Shown here in pieces: positions 34,001-46,834 of a stretch of 64,000 nt of DNA; positions within the stretch are counted from its first letter, which is position 1; every line of letters begins with the position of its first letter. The stretch covers positions 368,590,001-368,654,000 of the forward strand of contig OZ024742.1 of NCBI GenBank assembly GCA_964016885.1, read 5' to 3'. The position numbers were made by a program, and so were the translations under genes. This stretch comes from Eledone cirrhosa. Lineage: Eukaryota. The notes beneath the pieces are model-generated. The model made no database searches, was not told the origin of the DNA, and was given only the letters and a program-made list of their open reading frames with translations.

Positions 34001-37000
34001 GCTGTGGTAGTGGTGTTAGTAGTGGTGTTGGTGGTGGTATCTGTGGTAGTTGTATTAGTAGTGGTGTTGGTGGTGGTAGCTGTGGTAGTGGTGTTATTAG
34101 TGGTGTTGGTGGTGGTAGCTGTGGTAGTGGTGTTAGTGGTGTTGGTGGTGGTAGCTGTGGTGGTGGTGGTAGTAGTGGTGGTAGCTGTTGTAGTGGTGTT
34201 AGTAGTGGTGTTGGTGGTGGTAGCTGTGGTGGTGGTGGTAGCTGTGGTGGTGGTGGTAGTAGTGGTGTTGGTGGTGGTAGCTGTGGTAGTGGTGTTAGTA
34301 GTGGTTTTGGTGGTGGTAGCTGTGGTGGTGGTGGTAGTAGTGGTGTTGGTGGTGGTAGCTGTGGTGGTGGTGTTAGTAGTGGTGTTGGTGGTGGTAGCTG
34401 TGGTGGTGGTGGTAGTAGTGGTGTTGGTGGTGGTAGCTGTGGTAGTGGTGTTAGTAGTGGTGTTGGTGGTGGTAGCTGTGGTGGTGGTGGTAGTAGTGGT
34501 GTTGGTGGTGGTAGCTGTGGTGGTGGTGGTAGTAGTGGTGTTGGTGGTGGTAGCTGTGGTGGGGGTGTTAGTAGTGGTGTTGGTGGTACTAGCTGTGGTA
34601 GTGCTGTTAGTAGTGGTGTTGGTGGTGGTTATTGTGGTGGTGGTGGTAGTAGTGGTGTTGGTGGTGGTAGCTGTGGTGGTAGTAGTGGTGTTGGTGCTGG
34701 TAGCTGTGGTAGTGGTGGTAGTAGTGGTGTTGGTGGTGGTAGCTGTGGTAGTGGTGTTAGTAGTGGTGTTGGTGGTGGTAGCTGTGGTATTGGTGTTAGT
34801 AGTGGTGTTGGTGGTGGTAGCTGTGGTAGTGGTGTTAGTCGTGTTGTTGGTGGTGGTAGCTGTGGTAATGGTGTTAGTAGTGGTGTTGGTGGTGGTAGCT
34901 GTGGTAGTGGTGTTAGTAGTGGTGTTGGTGGTGGTGGTAGCTGTGGTAGTGGTGTTAGTAGTGGTGTTGGTGGTGGTAGCTGTGGTAGTGGTGTTAGTCG
35001 TGTTGTTGGTGGTGGTAGCTGTGGTAGTGGTGTTAGTAGTGGTGTTGGTGGTGGTAGCTGTGGTGGTGGTGGTAGTAGTGGTGTTGGTGGTGGTAGCTGT
35101 GGTAGTGGTGATAGTAGTGGTGTTGTTGGTGGTAGCTGTGGTGGTGGTGGTAGTAGTGGTGTTGGTGGTGGTAGCTGTGGTGGTGGTGTTAGTAGTGGTG
35201 TTGGTGGTGGTAGCTGTGGTAGTGGTGTTAGTAGTGGTGTTGGTGGTGGTAGCTGTGGTGGTGGTGGTAGTAGTTGTGTTGGTGGTGGTAGCTGTGGTGG
35301 TGGTGGTAGTAGTGGTGTTGGTGGTGGTAGCTGTGGTAGTGGTGTTAGTAGTGGTGTTAGTGGTGGTAGCTGTGGTAGTGGTGTTAGTAGTGGTGTTGGT
35401 GGTGGTAGCTGTGGTAGTGGTGTTAGTAGTGGTGTTGGTGGTGGTGGTAGCTGTGGTAGTGGTGTTAGTAGTGGTGTTGGTGGTGGTGGTAGCTGTGGTA
35501 GTGGTGTTAGTAGTGGTGTTGGTGGTGGTAGCTGTGGTAGTGGTGTTAGTCGTGTTGTTGGTGGTGGTAGCTGTGGTAGTGGTGGTATTAGTGGTGTTGG
35601 CGGTGGTAGCTGTGGTAGTGGTGTTAGTAGTGGTGTTGGTGGTGGTGGTAGCTGTGGTAGTGGTGTTAGTAGTGGTGTTGGTGGTGGTAGCTGTGGTGGT
35701 GGTGGTAGTAGTGGTGTTGGTGGTGGTAGCTGTGGTATTGGTGTTAGTAGTGGTGTTGGTGGTGGTAGCTGTGGTAGTGGTGTTAGTCGTGTTGTTGGTG
35801 GTGGTAGCTGTGGTAGTGGTGTTAGTAGTGGTGTTGGTGGTGGTAGCTGTGGTGGTGGTGGTAGTAGTGGTGTTGGTGGTGGTAGCTGTGGTAGTGGTGA
35901 TAGTAGTGGTGTTGTTGGTGGTAGCTGTGGTGGTGGTGGTAGTAGTGGTGTTGGTGGTGGTAGCTGTGGTGGTGGTGTTAGTAGTGGTGTTGGTGGTGGT
36001 AGCTGTGGTAGTGGTGTTAGTAGTGGTGTTGGTGGTGGTAGCTGTGGTGGTGGTGGTAGTAGTTGTGTTGGTGGTGGTAGCTGTGGTGGTGGTGGTAGTA
36101 GTGGTGTTGGTGGTGGTAGCTGTGGTAGTGGTGTTAGTAGTGGTGTTAGTGGTGGTAGCTGTGGTAGTGGTGTTAGTAGTGGTGTTGGTGGTGGTAGCTG
36201 TGGTGGTGGTGGTAGTAGTGGTCTTGGTGGTGGTAGCTCTGGTAGTGGTGGTAGTAGTGGTGTTGGTGGTGGTAGCTGTGGTAGTGGTGTTATTCGTGTT
36301 GTTGGTGGTGGTAATTGTGGTGTTGGTGGTGGTAGTGGTGTTGGTGGTGGTAGCTGTGGTGGTGGTGGTAGTAGTGGTGTTGGTGGTGATAGCTGTGGTG
36401 GGGGTGTTAGTATTGGTGTTGGTGGTGGTAGCTGTGGTAGTGGTGGTAGTAGTGGTGTTGGTGGTGGTAGCTGTGGTAGTGGTGTTAGTCGTGTTGTTGG
36501 TGGTGGTACTGTGGTAGTGGTGGTAGTAGTGGTGTTTGTGGTGGTAGCTGTGGTAGTGGTGGTAGTAGTGGTGTTGGTGGTGGTAGTGGTGTTAGTAGTG
36601 GTGTTGGTGGTGGAGGCTGTGGTAGTGGTGTTAGTAGTGGTGTTGGTGGTGGTAGCTGTGGTGGTGGTGGTAGTAGTGGTGTTGGTGGTGGTAGCTGTGT
36701 TGGTGGTGGTAGTAGTGGTGTTGGTGGTGATAGCTGTGGTGGGGGTGTTAGTATTGGTGTTGGTGGTGGTAGCTGTGGTAGTGGTGGTAGTAGTGGTGTT
36801 GGTGGTGGTAGCTGCGGTAGTGGTGTTAGTCGTGTTGTTGGTGGTGGTACTGTGGTAGTGGTGGTAGTAGTGGTGTTTGTGGTGGTAGCTGTGGTAGTGG
36901 TGGTAGTAGTGGTGTTGGTGGTGGTAGTGGTGTTAGTAGTGGTGTTGGTGGTGGTAGCTGTGGTAGTGGTGTTAGTAGTGGTGTTGGTGGTGGTAATTGT

Positions 37001-40000
37001 GGTAGTGGTGTTAGTAGTGGTGTTGGTGGTGGTAGCTGTGGTAGTGGTGGTAGTAGTGGTGTTGGTGGTGATAGCTGTGGTAGTGGTGTTAGTAGTGGTG
37101 TTGGTGGTGGTAGCTGTGGTAGTGGTGTTAGTAGTGGTGTTGGTGGTGGTAGCTGTGGTAGTGGTGTTAGTAGTGGTGTTGGTGGTGGTAGCTGTGGTAG
37201 TGGTGTTAGTAGTGGTGTTGGTGGTGGTAGCTGTGGTAGTGGTGTTAGTAGTGGTGTTGGTGGTGGTAGCTGTGGTAATGGTGTTAGTAGTGGTGTTGGT
37301 GGTGGTATCTGTGGTGGTGGTGTTAGTAGTGGTGTTGGTGGTGGTAGCTGTGGTGGTGGTGTTAGTAGTGGTAGCTGTGGTGGTGGTGTTAGTAGTGGTG
37401 GTGGTGGTGGTAGCTGTGGTGGTGGTGTTAGTAGTGGTGTTGGTGGTGGTATCTGTGGTGGTAGTGTTAGTAGTGGTGTTGGTGGTGGTAGCTGTGGTGG
37501 TGGTGTTAGTAGTGGTGTTGGTGGTGGTAGCTGTGGTGGTGGTGTTAGTAGTGGTGTTGGTGGTGGTAGCTGTGGTGGTGGTGTTAGTAGTGGTGGTGGT
37601 AGCTGTGATAGTGGTGTTAGTAGTGGTGTTGGTGGTGGTAACTGTGGTGGTGGTGTTAGTAGTGGTGTTGGTGGTGGTAGCTGTGGTAGTGGTGGTAGTA
37701 GTGGTGTTGGTGGTGGTAGATGTGGTGGTGGTGTTAGTAGTGGTGTTGGTGGTGGTAGCTGAGGTGGTGGTGTTAGTAGTGGTGTTGGTGGTGGTAGCTG
37801 TGGTGGTGGTGTTAGTAGTGGTGTTGGTGGTGGTAGCTGTGGTGGTGGTGTTAGTAGTGGTGTTGGTGGTGGTAGCTGTGGTGGTGGTGTTAGTAGTGGT
37901 GTTGGTGGTGGTAGCTGTGGTGGTGGTGTTAGTAGTGGTGGTGGTAGCTGTGATAGTGGTGTTAGTAGTGGTGTTGGTGGTGGTAACTGTGGTGGTGGTG
38001 TTAGTAGTGGTGTTGGTGGTGGTAGCTGTGGTAGTGGTGGTAGTAGTGGTGTTGGTGGTGGTAGATGTGGTGGTGGTGTTAGTAGTGGTGTTGGTGGTGG
38101 TAGCTGAGGTGGTGGTGTTAGTAGTGGTGTTGGTGGTGGTAGCTGTGGTAGTGGTGGTAGTAGTGGTGTTGGTGGTGGTAGCTGTGGTAGTGGTGTTAGT
38201 AGTGGTGTTGGTGGTGGTGGCTGTGGTAGTGGTGTTAGTAGTGGTATTGGTGGTGGCAGCTGTGGTAGTCGTGGTAGTAGTGGTGTTGGTGGTGGTGGCT
38301 GTGGTAGTGGTGTTAGTAGTGGTGTTGGTGGTGGTAGCTGTGGTAGTGGTGTTACTAGTGGTGTTGGTGGTGGTAGCTGTGGTGGTGGTGTTGTTAGTAG
38401 TGGTGTTGATGGTGGTAGCTGTGGTGGTGGTGGTAGTAGTGGTGTTGGTGGTGGTAATGGTGGTAGTGCTGTTAGTAGTGGTGTTGGTGGTGGTAGCTGT
38501 GGTGGTGGTGTTAGTAGTGGTGGTGCTGGTGGTGGTGGTAGTTGTGGTAGTGGTGTTAGTAGTGGTGTTGGTGGTGGTAGCTGTGGTAGTGGTGTTAGTA
38601 GTGGTGTTGGTGGTGGTAGCTGTGGTAGTGGTGTTAGTAGTGGTGTTGGTGGTTGTAGCTGTGGTGGTGGTGTTAGTAGTGGTGTTGGTGGTGGTAGCTG
38701 TGGTGGTGGTGTTAGTAGTGGTGTTGGTGGTGGTAGCTGTGGTAGTGGTGTTAGTAGTGATGTTGGTGGTGGTAGCTGTGGTGGTGGTGTTAGTAGTGGT
38801 GTTCGTGGTGGTAGCTGTGGTAGTGGTGTTAGTAGTGGTGTTGGTGGTGGTAGCTGTGGTAGTGGTTTTAGTAGTGGTGTTGGTGGTGGTATCTGTGGTA
38901 GTGGTGTTAGTAGTGGTGTTGGTGGTGGTAGCTGTGGTAGTGGTGTTAGTAGTGGTGTTGGTGGTGGTAGCTGTGGTAGTGGTGGTAGTAGTGGTGTTGG
39001 TGGTGGTAGCTGTGGTGGTGGTGGTAGTAGTGGTGTTGGTGGTGGTAGCTGTGGTGGTGGTGTTAGTAGTGGTGTTGGTGGTGGTAGCTGTGGTAGTGGT
39101 GGTAGTAGTGGTGTTGGTGGTGGTAGCTGTGGTGGTGGTGGTAGTAGTGGTGTTGGTGGTGGTAGCTGTGGTGGTGGTGTTAGTAGTGGTGTTGGTGGTG
39201 GTAGCTGTGGTGGTGGTGTTAGTAGTGGTGTTGGTGGTGGTAGCTGTGGTAGTGGTGGTAGTAGTGGTGTTGGTGGTGGTAGCTGTGGTGGTGGTGGTAG
39301 TAGTGGTGTTGGTGGTGGTAGCTGTGGTGGTGGTGTTAGTAGTGGTGTTGGTGGTGGTAGCTGTGGTAGTGGTGTTAGTAGTGATGTTGGTGGTGGTAGC
39401 TGTGGTGGTGGTGTTACTAGTGGTGTTGGTGGTGGTAGCTGTGGTAGTGGTGTTAGTAGTGGTGTTGGTGGTGGTAGCTGTGGTAGTGGTTTTAGTAGTG
39501 GTGTTGGTGGTGGTATCTGTGGTAGTGGTGTTAGTAGTGGTGTTGGTGGTGGTAGCTGTGGTAGTGGTGTTAGTAGTGGTGTTGGTGGTGGTAGCTGTGG
39601 TAGTGGTGGTAGTAGTGGTGTTGGTGGTGGTAGCTGTGGTGGTGGTGGTAGTAGTGGTGTTGGTGGTGGTAGCTGTGGTGGTGGTGTTAGTAGTGGTGTT
39701 GGTGGTGGTAGCTGTGGTGGTGGTGTTAGTAGTGGTGTTGGTGGTGGTGGTGGTAGCTGTGGTGGTGGTGGTAGTAGTGGTGTTGGTGGTGGTAACTGTG
39801 GTGGTGGTGGTAGTAGTGGTGTTGGTGGTAGCTGTGGTAGTGGTGTTAGTAGTGGTGTTGGTGGTGGTGGTGGTAGCTGTGGTAGTGGTGTTAGTAGTGG
39901 TGTTGGTGGTGGTAGCTGTGGTGGTGGTGGTAGCTGTGGTAGTGGTGTTAGTAGTGGTGTTGGTGGTGGTAGCTGTGGTGGTGGTGGTAGCTGTGGTAGT

Positions 40001-40235
40001 GGTGTTAGTAGTGGTGTTGGTGGTGGTAGCTGTGGTGGTGGTGGTAGCTGTGGTAGTGGTGTTAGTAGTGGTGTTGGTGGTGGTAACTGTGGTGGTGGTG
40101 GTAGTAGTGGTGTTGGTGGTAGCTGTGGTAGTGGTGTTAGTAGTGGTGGTGGTGGTGGCTGTGGTGGTGGTGGTGGTTGTGGTGGTGGCTGTGGTGGTGG
40201 TGGTGGTTGTGGTGGTAGCTGTGGTGGTGGTGGTT
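19040..40235. repeat. ~21-kb tandem array, 39-bp unit GTGGTAGTGGTGTTAGTAGTGGTGTTGGTGGTGGTAGCT (roughly 530 copies)
   Basis: Unit recurs throughout with point variants and mostly 3n indels. Minus frame reads TTTNTTTNTTTTA, plus frames VVVVLVVVLVVVA and GSGVSSGVGGGSC. Copy number is estimated from length/39. Confidence 0.97.
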
Positions 40236-40329
40236 TTGTAATAAGACAACACCATATTGTAGAAGTAGGTGTGATAAACAGCCCAACCAGAACACCTTAC
40301 CAAACATCATCATCGTCATAATCATGATT

Positions 40330-40572
40330 ATCAACCCCCCCCCCCCCACCGACACTACCATGACCACTACCAACCACCACCACCACCACTACCAACCATC
40401 ACCACTACCATTACCATCACCACCACCAATACCACCACCACGACCACTACCATTACCATCACCACCACCACCACCCCTACCAACCACCACCACCACCACT
40501 ACCAACCATCACCACTACCATTACCATCACCACCACCACCACCCCTACCAACCACCACCACCACCACCACAA
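40330..40572. repeat. degenerate (ACC)n tract, inverted relative to the 39-bp array
   Basis: accaccaccactacc... on the + strand. Confidence 0.9.
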
Positions 40573-40803
40573 CTGAGTGTGCCGCCATAAGAGAGAGTCG
40601 GTCAGAAGAAGATTTTAAAATGTTAGTGCAAATCACAAGAATTAATTGCTATTTCACCTGTTCTCCCCGGAGGCCAGGTAGAGAAATAAGTAAATTAGAT
40701 TTACTGTGGAAGAAGACAGCCGTACAATTAATCGGATTTTCCTTCAATTCTACGTGAAAACCGACCAAAACCAGATAGAACCGGCAACATTCTAATTAGT
40801 TTT

Positions 40804-41325
40804 GTGGCCTAGTGGTTAGAGTGTTGGATTGACGATGAGAAAATCTACGGTTCCATCCCTCGACTTGGTGGCATGTCGGGAAATTGAGCAATATACTATA
40901 CTTTACTTCACAATGGTCCTTTCTTCTGTAAAGGACTTGTATCAGTGATGGAAGACCAATATAAATATTGTTTCCTTTGTCAGATCACATGATTAGCTCC
41001 TTTTTTCTGCCAGGAAGCCCTATATCAGATATCAGCAATGGAAACATTGTTCCCATGGTCCAATCTTACGATCGGCTATATTCCTCTTTTTAGAATTCTT
41101 TGACTCTACATTTTTTATATAGTTTGCCAGTGTCTTTAGGGAAGAGGTATAGCCTAGTGGTAAGTTTGCTGAGCTCACGATCGTGAGTCTCGACTAGCAA
41201 TATTGGTCAAACAACTTGCTCATGAAATACACAAGTGTCTGAGTATTCCACAAGTGTCTGAGTATTCTCCGAGAAATTTGGTGTCACACAGTGTGTCAAA
41301 GATGTCTCTTTTATTACACTGGTGA
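40804..41325 (+). mobile_element. decayed tRNA-SINE heads/bodies (40804-40870 and ~41146-41325)
   Basis: A-box-like tggcctagtggttag and tagcctagtggtaag, degenerate B box ggttccatcc. aatggaaacattgtt(c/t)cc(a/t)tggtc is shared with ~1404-1426. Confidence 0.45.
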
Positions 41326-41705
41326 TATCTCACAACTGACATCTCACAACTGACATGTCACAATTGACACAGCAACACAACACCACCATCTCACAACTGA
41401 CATAACACAACACGACCATATCACAACTGACACAACAACATTACACCACCATCACGCAACTGACACAACACTACACCGCCATCTCACAACTGACATAACC
41501 ATACAACACCATCATCTCACAACTGACACAGCAACAACACAACACTACACCGCCATCACACAACTGAGACAACACTACACCACCATCTCACAACTGACAT
41601 AACAACACTACACCGCCATCACACAACTGACACAACACCAGCATTTCACAACTGACACAACAACAACACAACACTACGCCATCTCACAACACCATCTCAC
41701 AACCA
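41326..41705. repeat. minisatellite with core CATCTCACAACTGACA and CA-rich variable linkers
   Basis: Core recurs more than ten times at roughly 15-40 bp spacing. Confidence 0.9.
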
Positions 41706-41859
41706 GCTATTTACTGTTCTGTCAGAACATTTCTCTGTAACTCTTCACTTCGATTTTTCTCTACATTATCGATTAGTGAGATTCTAATCTCGCCATGTTC
41801 CGCCATTTTCAGCGTTTTATAGTTACATTTATCTCACAGCTATATTTATATCTCTTGTC

Positions 41860-42240
41860 TATATATACACACGTGTGTATATATAGACATACGTGTGTAT
41901 ATATGTCTATATATACACACGTATGTATATATGTGTATGTATACATATGTATGTACATATGTGTATATACATATGTATATATATGTGTGTATATATACAT
42001 GTGTACAGTTGTATATATACATATGTGTGTGCATATCTGTATACATACATGTGTGTACAGATTTATATATATACATATGTGTGTATATATGTGAGAATGT
42101 TTGTAAGCGTGCGCCTATATATACGTCTCTATGTGTATGTGTATGTATGTGTGTGTGTATGTATATGTGAATGTGTGTATGTGTGTGTATGTATGTGTGT
42201 GTATGTGCGTGTGTGTGTATATGTGTTTGTATGTGTGTAT

Positions 42241-42285
<45 letters not shown>

Positions 42286-42990
42286 TATGTATGTGTGTGC
42301 CTCTTTGTATTTCAAAAGAACACACACTCGCCATATACACACATAAACACACACACGCCATACACACATACACACACGGCATATACACACATACACACAC
42401 ACACACACACACACCATACACACATAAACACACACACACACGCCATACACACATAAACACAGACACACACACACACCATACACACACACACTCGCCATAC
42501 ACACACACAAACCATATACACACAGACACACACACTCGCCATACACACATAGAGACACACACACACTCGCCATACACACACACACACGCCATACACACAC
42601 AGACACACACACGCCATGCACACGCCATACACACACAGACACACACACACGCCATACACACACAGACACACACACACGCCATACACACATAGACACACAC
42701 ACACACGCCATGCACATATAGACACACACACACGCCATACACACACACACGCCATACACACATAGACACACACACACACACACGCCATACACACACACAC
42801 GCCATACACACATAGTCACACACGCCATACACACATAGACATACACACACACAAGCCATAGACACATAGACATACACACACACACGCCATACACACATAG
42901 ACACACACACACGCCATACAGACATAGACACACACACACACACACTCGCCATACACACACATAGCCACACACACACGCCATACACACATA
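41860..42990. repeat. compound (TA/TG)n then (CA)n-CGCCATA microsatellite
   Basis: TG-rich at 41860-42300, then cacacgccatacacac repeats at 42320-42990. Confidence 0.92.
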
Positions 42991-43124
42991 ACGAAGTCAT
43001 TGTCAGGGTAGAGACGGTCGCCATCACATGAACGTCTCTGAGGTCTCTAAACATGGTGTATATATATAGGGTGTATATATATATATATATATATATATAG
43101 GGTGTATATGTATATATATATATA

Positions 43125-46100
43125 TATAGTATTTTCGTATCGAGAAAGAGAAAAAAAGGGGGGATAGGTGATACATATAGTTATTTGCCAAGTAGCGTAT
43201 GCCAAATGTGCTCGATACTAGTGCCGGCAGTAAAAAATCGGAGAATAGACCGTTAAAACATGTTTATTTAAAATATCACCTACGTACGTTTCGCCCAGTT
43301 GGGCTTCTCAAGGGCATAAATAATCACAAGTGTTCCTTATATTGCTCGGAAAGAGTTTTGGGGGTTAAATCCACATCAAGGTTCATTACTCGCAAAAATA
43401 TCTTGTTTTGATTTTGCAGCAGGTCAAGGGAGGTAATTCTGGCCGGTGTTAGGGCAGTCTTTCCCGGACAATTTTTTTTTTTTTTTTTTTTGCCGCATCT
43501 GTTTGTCTCTGGCTGGGTCTGGTATGCAAGGATAGTTTCCTGGGTGTTATTTTGCAGCGCCTGCCCGCCGGGGTGTTAAGACTTGTTGCAGGGAGATCCA
43601 GTGTACTATTTCACTCTTCATCCTTAACCCATCTGAAGAAGGATATTTTTAAGCGATGTGTACAACTTATCGCTGTTTCAGCTCTGCTGTTGATGAGCTC
43701 GTGGGTGCAGTTATGATGTGGTAGAGCTCCATGAGGCAAAGATCGCATTTCCTCTTGAAGTTGTACGGTGCAGCCCTGCCGACAATCTCCCAGTGCGTGG
43801 AGAAGCTGATGTTTAAGTCCTTTAGTGATGTGATGTAGTCCGCGAGCGAAGTGGGGTGCCTTAGTTTTCTATTTGTGAAAGAGTGGAGATGTGTTCGAAA
43901 CCTAATTATGAACGGGCCGGAGGTAGCCCCTATATAAAGTTTAACGCTATTGTGGCTAGTAATAGTGCATCTATATATAACCCTATCAGTCAAGCAGTAT
44001 CCTCTAAGGGGGCAGCGTCCTTTGTCGCTGCAGTTGCAATTTCTGTCGCGGTTCCGTCTATTTCCCACGGTAAGGCTATCATTGTTGCTGCCTACGTTGT
44101 TACCTACGCTACCGCAACTGTCGTTAGCACAATTACAACCCACAGCACGTGGGGTGATGCGATTGTTATTCTGCACGTCATGTCCTGCATGTTCCCCAGT
44201 CATTTCGCAGTTATGCTGGTTGCGTCTGCGGATGCCGTTGCCAACACTATTGGATGCTGCCAGGGAGTTGTTAAGGCCGATATAGTTATTGTCAGGTGTA
44301 GGTGCGTCTGTGTCGAGGTGCTGTGTCTTGGTGATCTTACTGTGGTTCGTTGTTCCTATGATGTCTGCTAGGTTAGGAGTAGTAGAGAAGGATATTTTTA
44401 TATTGTTCCTATTAAGAATTTTTCTATACCTATGGTTGGGCGGGAAGTTCTTCTCTAAGGCTTCGAAGAACATCCGGGGTATGTTGGAGGCCACACTTCG
44501 AGAGTATGGGAGAACCATAGGACGTTACGGTGGCGATTACGTGTCCTTGTACTTTTGCTACAGGTGGTTCCATCTAGGTGACCGCTCTTATGTGTGTTAA
44601 TGCGCAGTCGCCCGTTCGGTGCCCCTTTCACTTTATGCTCGGGTGCACTCTTCCTACCTCTTCCATGTTTATGTACACGAAGATGTTGGTTGGAAGGCGT
44701 TGGTAGTAGGCCGTCGCCTTTGTTGGTTTTATAATAGGGGAATAGTTCGAGTAATCTACAGTGTTCACCGTCGCCGGGGTCGTGATCTTTGGTGCGGTTA
44801 TCTATTCTATTATATCCGACTTCAACGAGGTCGTCGCGTGATCGGTTATAGGTATGGCTTACTATAACGTTTGTTTTATGGGGGGGGGTTCTAGAGCTAG
44901 CGTTCGGGATGTAGGAAATTCCTCGGTTAAAGCCGGCGCTTATCAGGGCCCTATTTTAGTAATCTGCCGCTTGGTTGAAGATATCCTTATTGGCGGATAG
45001 CCTCGAGAATCTATGTGAGATACTATAGACTATGGAGTTGAGAGTCTGCTTAGGGTGGTTGGAGGCATAATTAATATAAGAGAGGCACTCTCCAGGCTTA
45101 TGGTATGGCTTGTATAAGCCCGTACTCAACTCCAGGGTCACGTCTAGGAAGTTGACAACCCTGTGGTTGAGGTCCATAGTTACGGATAGGCCGTATGACT
45201 TGAAGAACCTGTGTATATGTTTGTTAAGGTTCTCTATCCTACGGGGGCTATGGTTCCTAACGGTAAACAGGGCGTCGTCCCTATATACACCTCCTTGTAG
45301 GGCCGGTATCTCTTCCCTAAGCTATGTAGGAGGTATATCCCGACCAGGTCAGTTGCTTGCGCTGAGTCACTGGACCCCATCGTGACATCGAAGTTATCAG
45401 GACGGTTGGTTCTGGTTCAGTGGGAGCCTTCGAACTGGATAATTGTTCTACGCGCCGCTAGAATTATGTCTATTTCTCTTTTAGTGAGGCTAGTCTTAGA
45501 TCTAGCTAAGATAAGTGCCTTATTTAAGAGTATGGGGGAGATAGAGGCGTAGTAACTATCTATATCAAACTGGATGAATTTCAGGGTGGCTTTATCCTGC
45601 AACTCGGTGAACCAATTTATGACCTGGTCGGTGTTGCCCCAGAGGCAGACCTTAGCCTTTCTATTAAGCTCCAGTAGTACTCTGTCAAGGATCACTTTAC
45701 TAATCTTACCTATATCTGATGTAGAGAGACATATTAGTCTAATAGAGGGGCTTTCATTAAAGTCATATTTGTGATCCTTAAGAGAGAATTTAGGCGTCAG
45801 AGGGACGTACGGGTTAGTGTACTTTTCTATTTCTAAGCTGGTGACTATATCCTTCTCTACTCTATTTATGTCAGGGTACTAGAGGGTGTCTTTTTGTAGT
45901 CTTTGTGTAGTTCCTTATAGATGAATTTGTTATACTCACTCGCGTCCATCTTGTACAGCTTTTTGGTTTTGTCGGAGGTGACGAAGAGGTGCGGGTCATT
46001 CTTGATCTTAGTTATTAGTGTATCAAGGGACGTTAAGAATGGATTGCTGCATTGGTGTTTCTTTCTGAACTTAACGTTTTTGATCATTTTCAGTAGGTCC

Positions 46101-46462
46101 TCTTCAAAGGAGTCTAAGAAGGTGTTGTGCGGTGGGTTTCGGTATGTTTTGAAGCCATACCTATCTTTGGGTTCAGGAAGGTTACGGGTGTTCTTATCCA
46201 GGTGGTAGGCCTTCCATCTGACTCTCCGTATAAATGAATTAGTAGCGTCTATAAGCAGTTTAAGGTAGGTTTTTCTGCGGGGTAAGGGGATACACTTGAG
46301 AGACATGGGTAACGGCTAGTTCTCCAACATAATGGCAAATAAGGTGAGATGCTCTACAAAAGGAACACGGTAATATAGTATTTACGTATCGAGAAAGAGG
46401 AAAAAAGGGGAGGATAGGTGATACATATAGTTATTTGCCAAGTAGCGTATGCCAAAGGTGCT
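43125..46462 (-). mobile_element. Penelope-like element, Nematis-type, near full length, frameshifted, bounded by ~88-bp direct repeats
   Basis: SLKCIPLP, FDIDSYYASI, FDVTMGS...LVGIYLL, GVYRDDAL, NFLDVTL, CNC...CPLRGYCL...VIY...YIG...RFRTH (GIY-YIG). Direct repeat 43125-43212 / 46374-46462. Confidence 0.92.
43279..43314 (-). ncRNA. hammerhead ribozyme variant with U3-A8 core
   Basis: Minus: cc-UUGAGAA-gccc aact gggc-GAAA-cgtacg-UA-gg, located in the pLTR. Confidence 0.6.
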
Positions 46463-46475
46463 ATATATATATAGG

Positions 46476-46542
<67 letters not shown>

Positions 46543-46716
46543 GTGTATATATATATATATAGGGTGTATATATATATATATATATAGGGTGTGTATATAT
46601 ATAGAGAGAGAGTGTGTATATATATATATAGTGTGTATATATATATAGGGTGTGTATATATATATAGGGTGTGTATATATATATATATAGGGTGTGTATA
46701 TATATATATATATAGG

Positions 46717-46753
<37 letters not shown>

Positions 46754-46834
46754 GTATATATATATATATAGGGTGTGTATATATATATATATATAGGGTG
46801 TATATATATACATAGGGTGTATATATATATATAT

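Noticed and set aside
19053-40241. Huge poly-Val ORFs (up to 3098 aa) and Gly/Ser/Cys loricrin-like ORFs on the + strand
   Set aside because: By-products of a triplet-based tandem repeat. The poly-Val product is implausible and the GSC frame is repeatedly hit by TGA.
41326-41705. CRISPR-like repeat-spacer appearance
   Set aside because: The linkers are short, low-complexity and related to one another. The context is eukaryotic and no cas genes are present.
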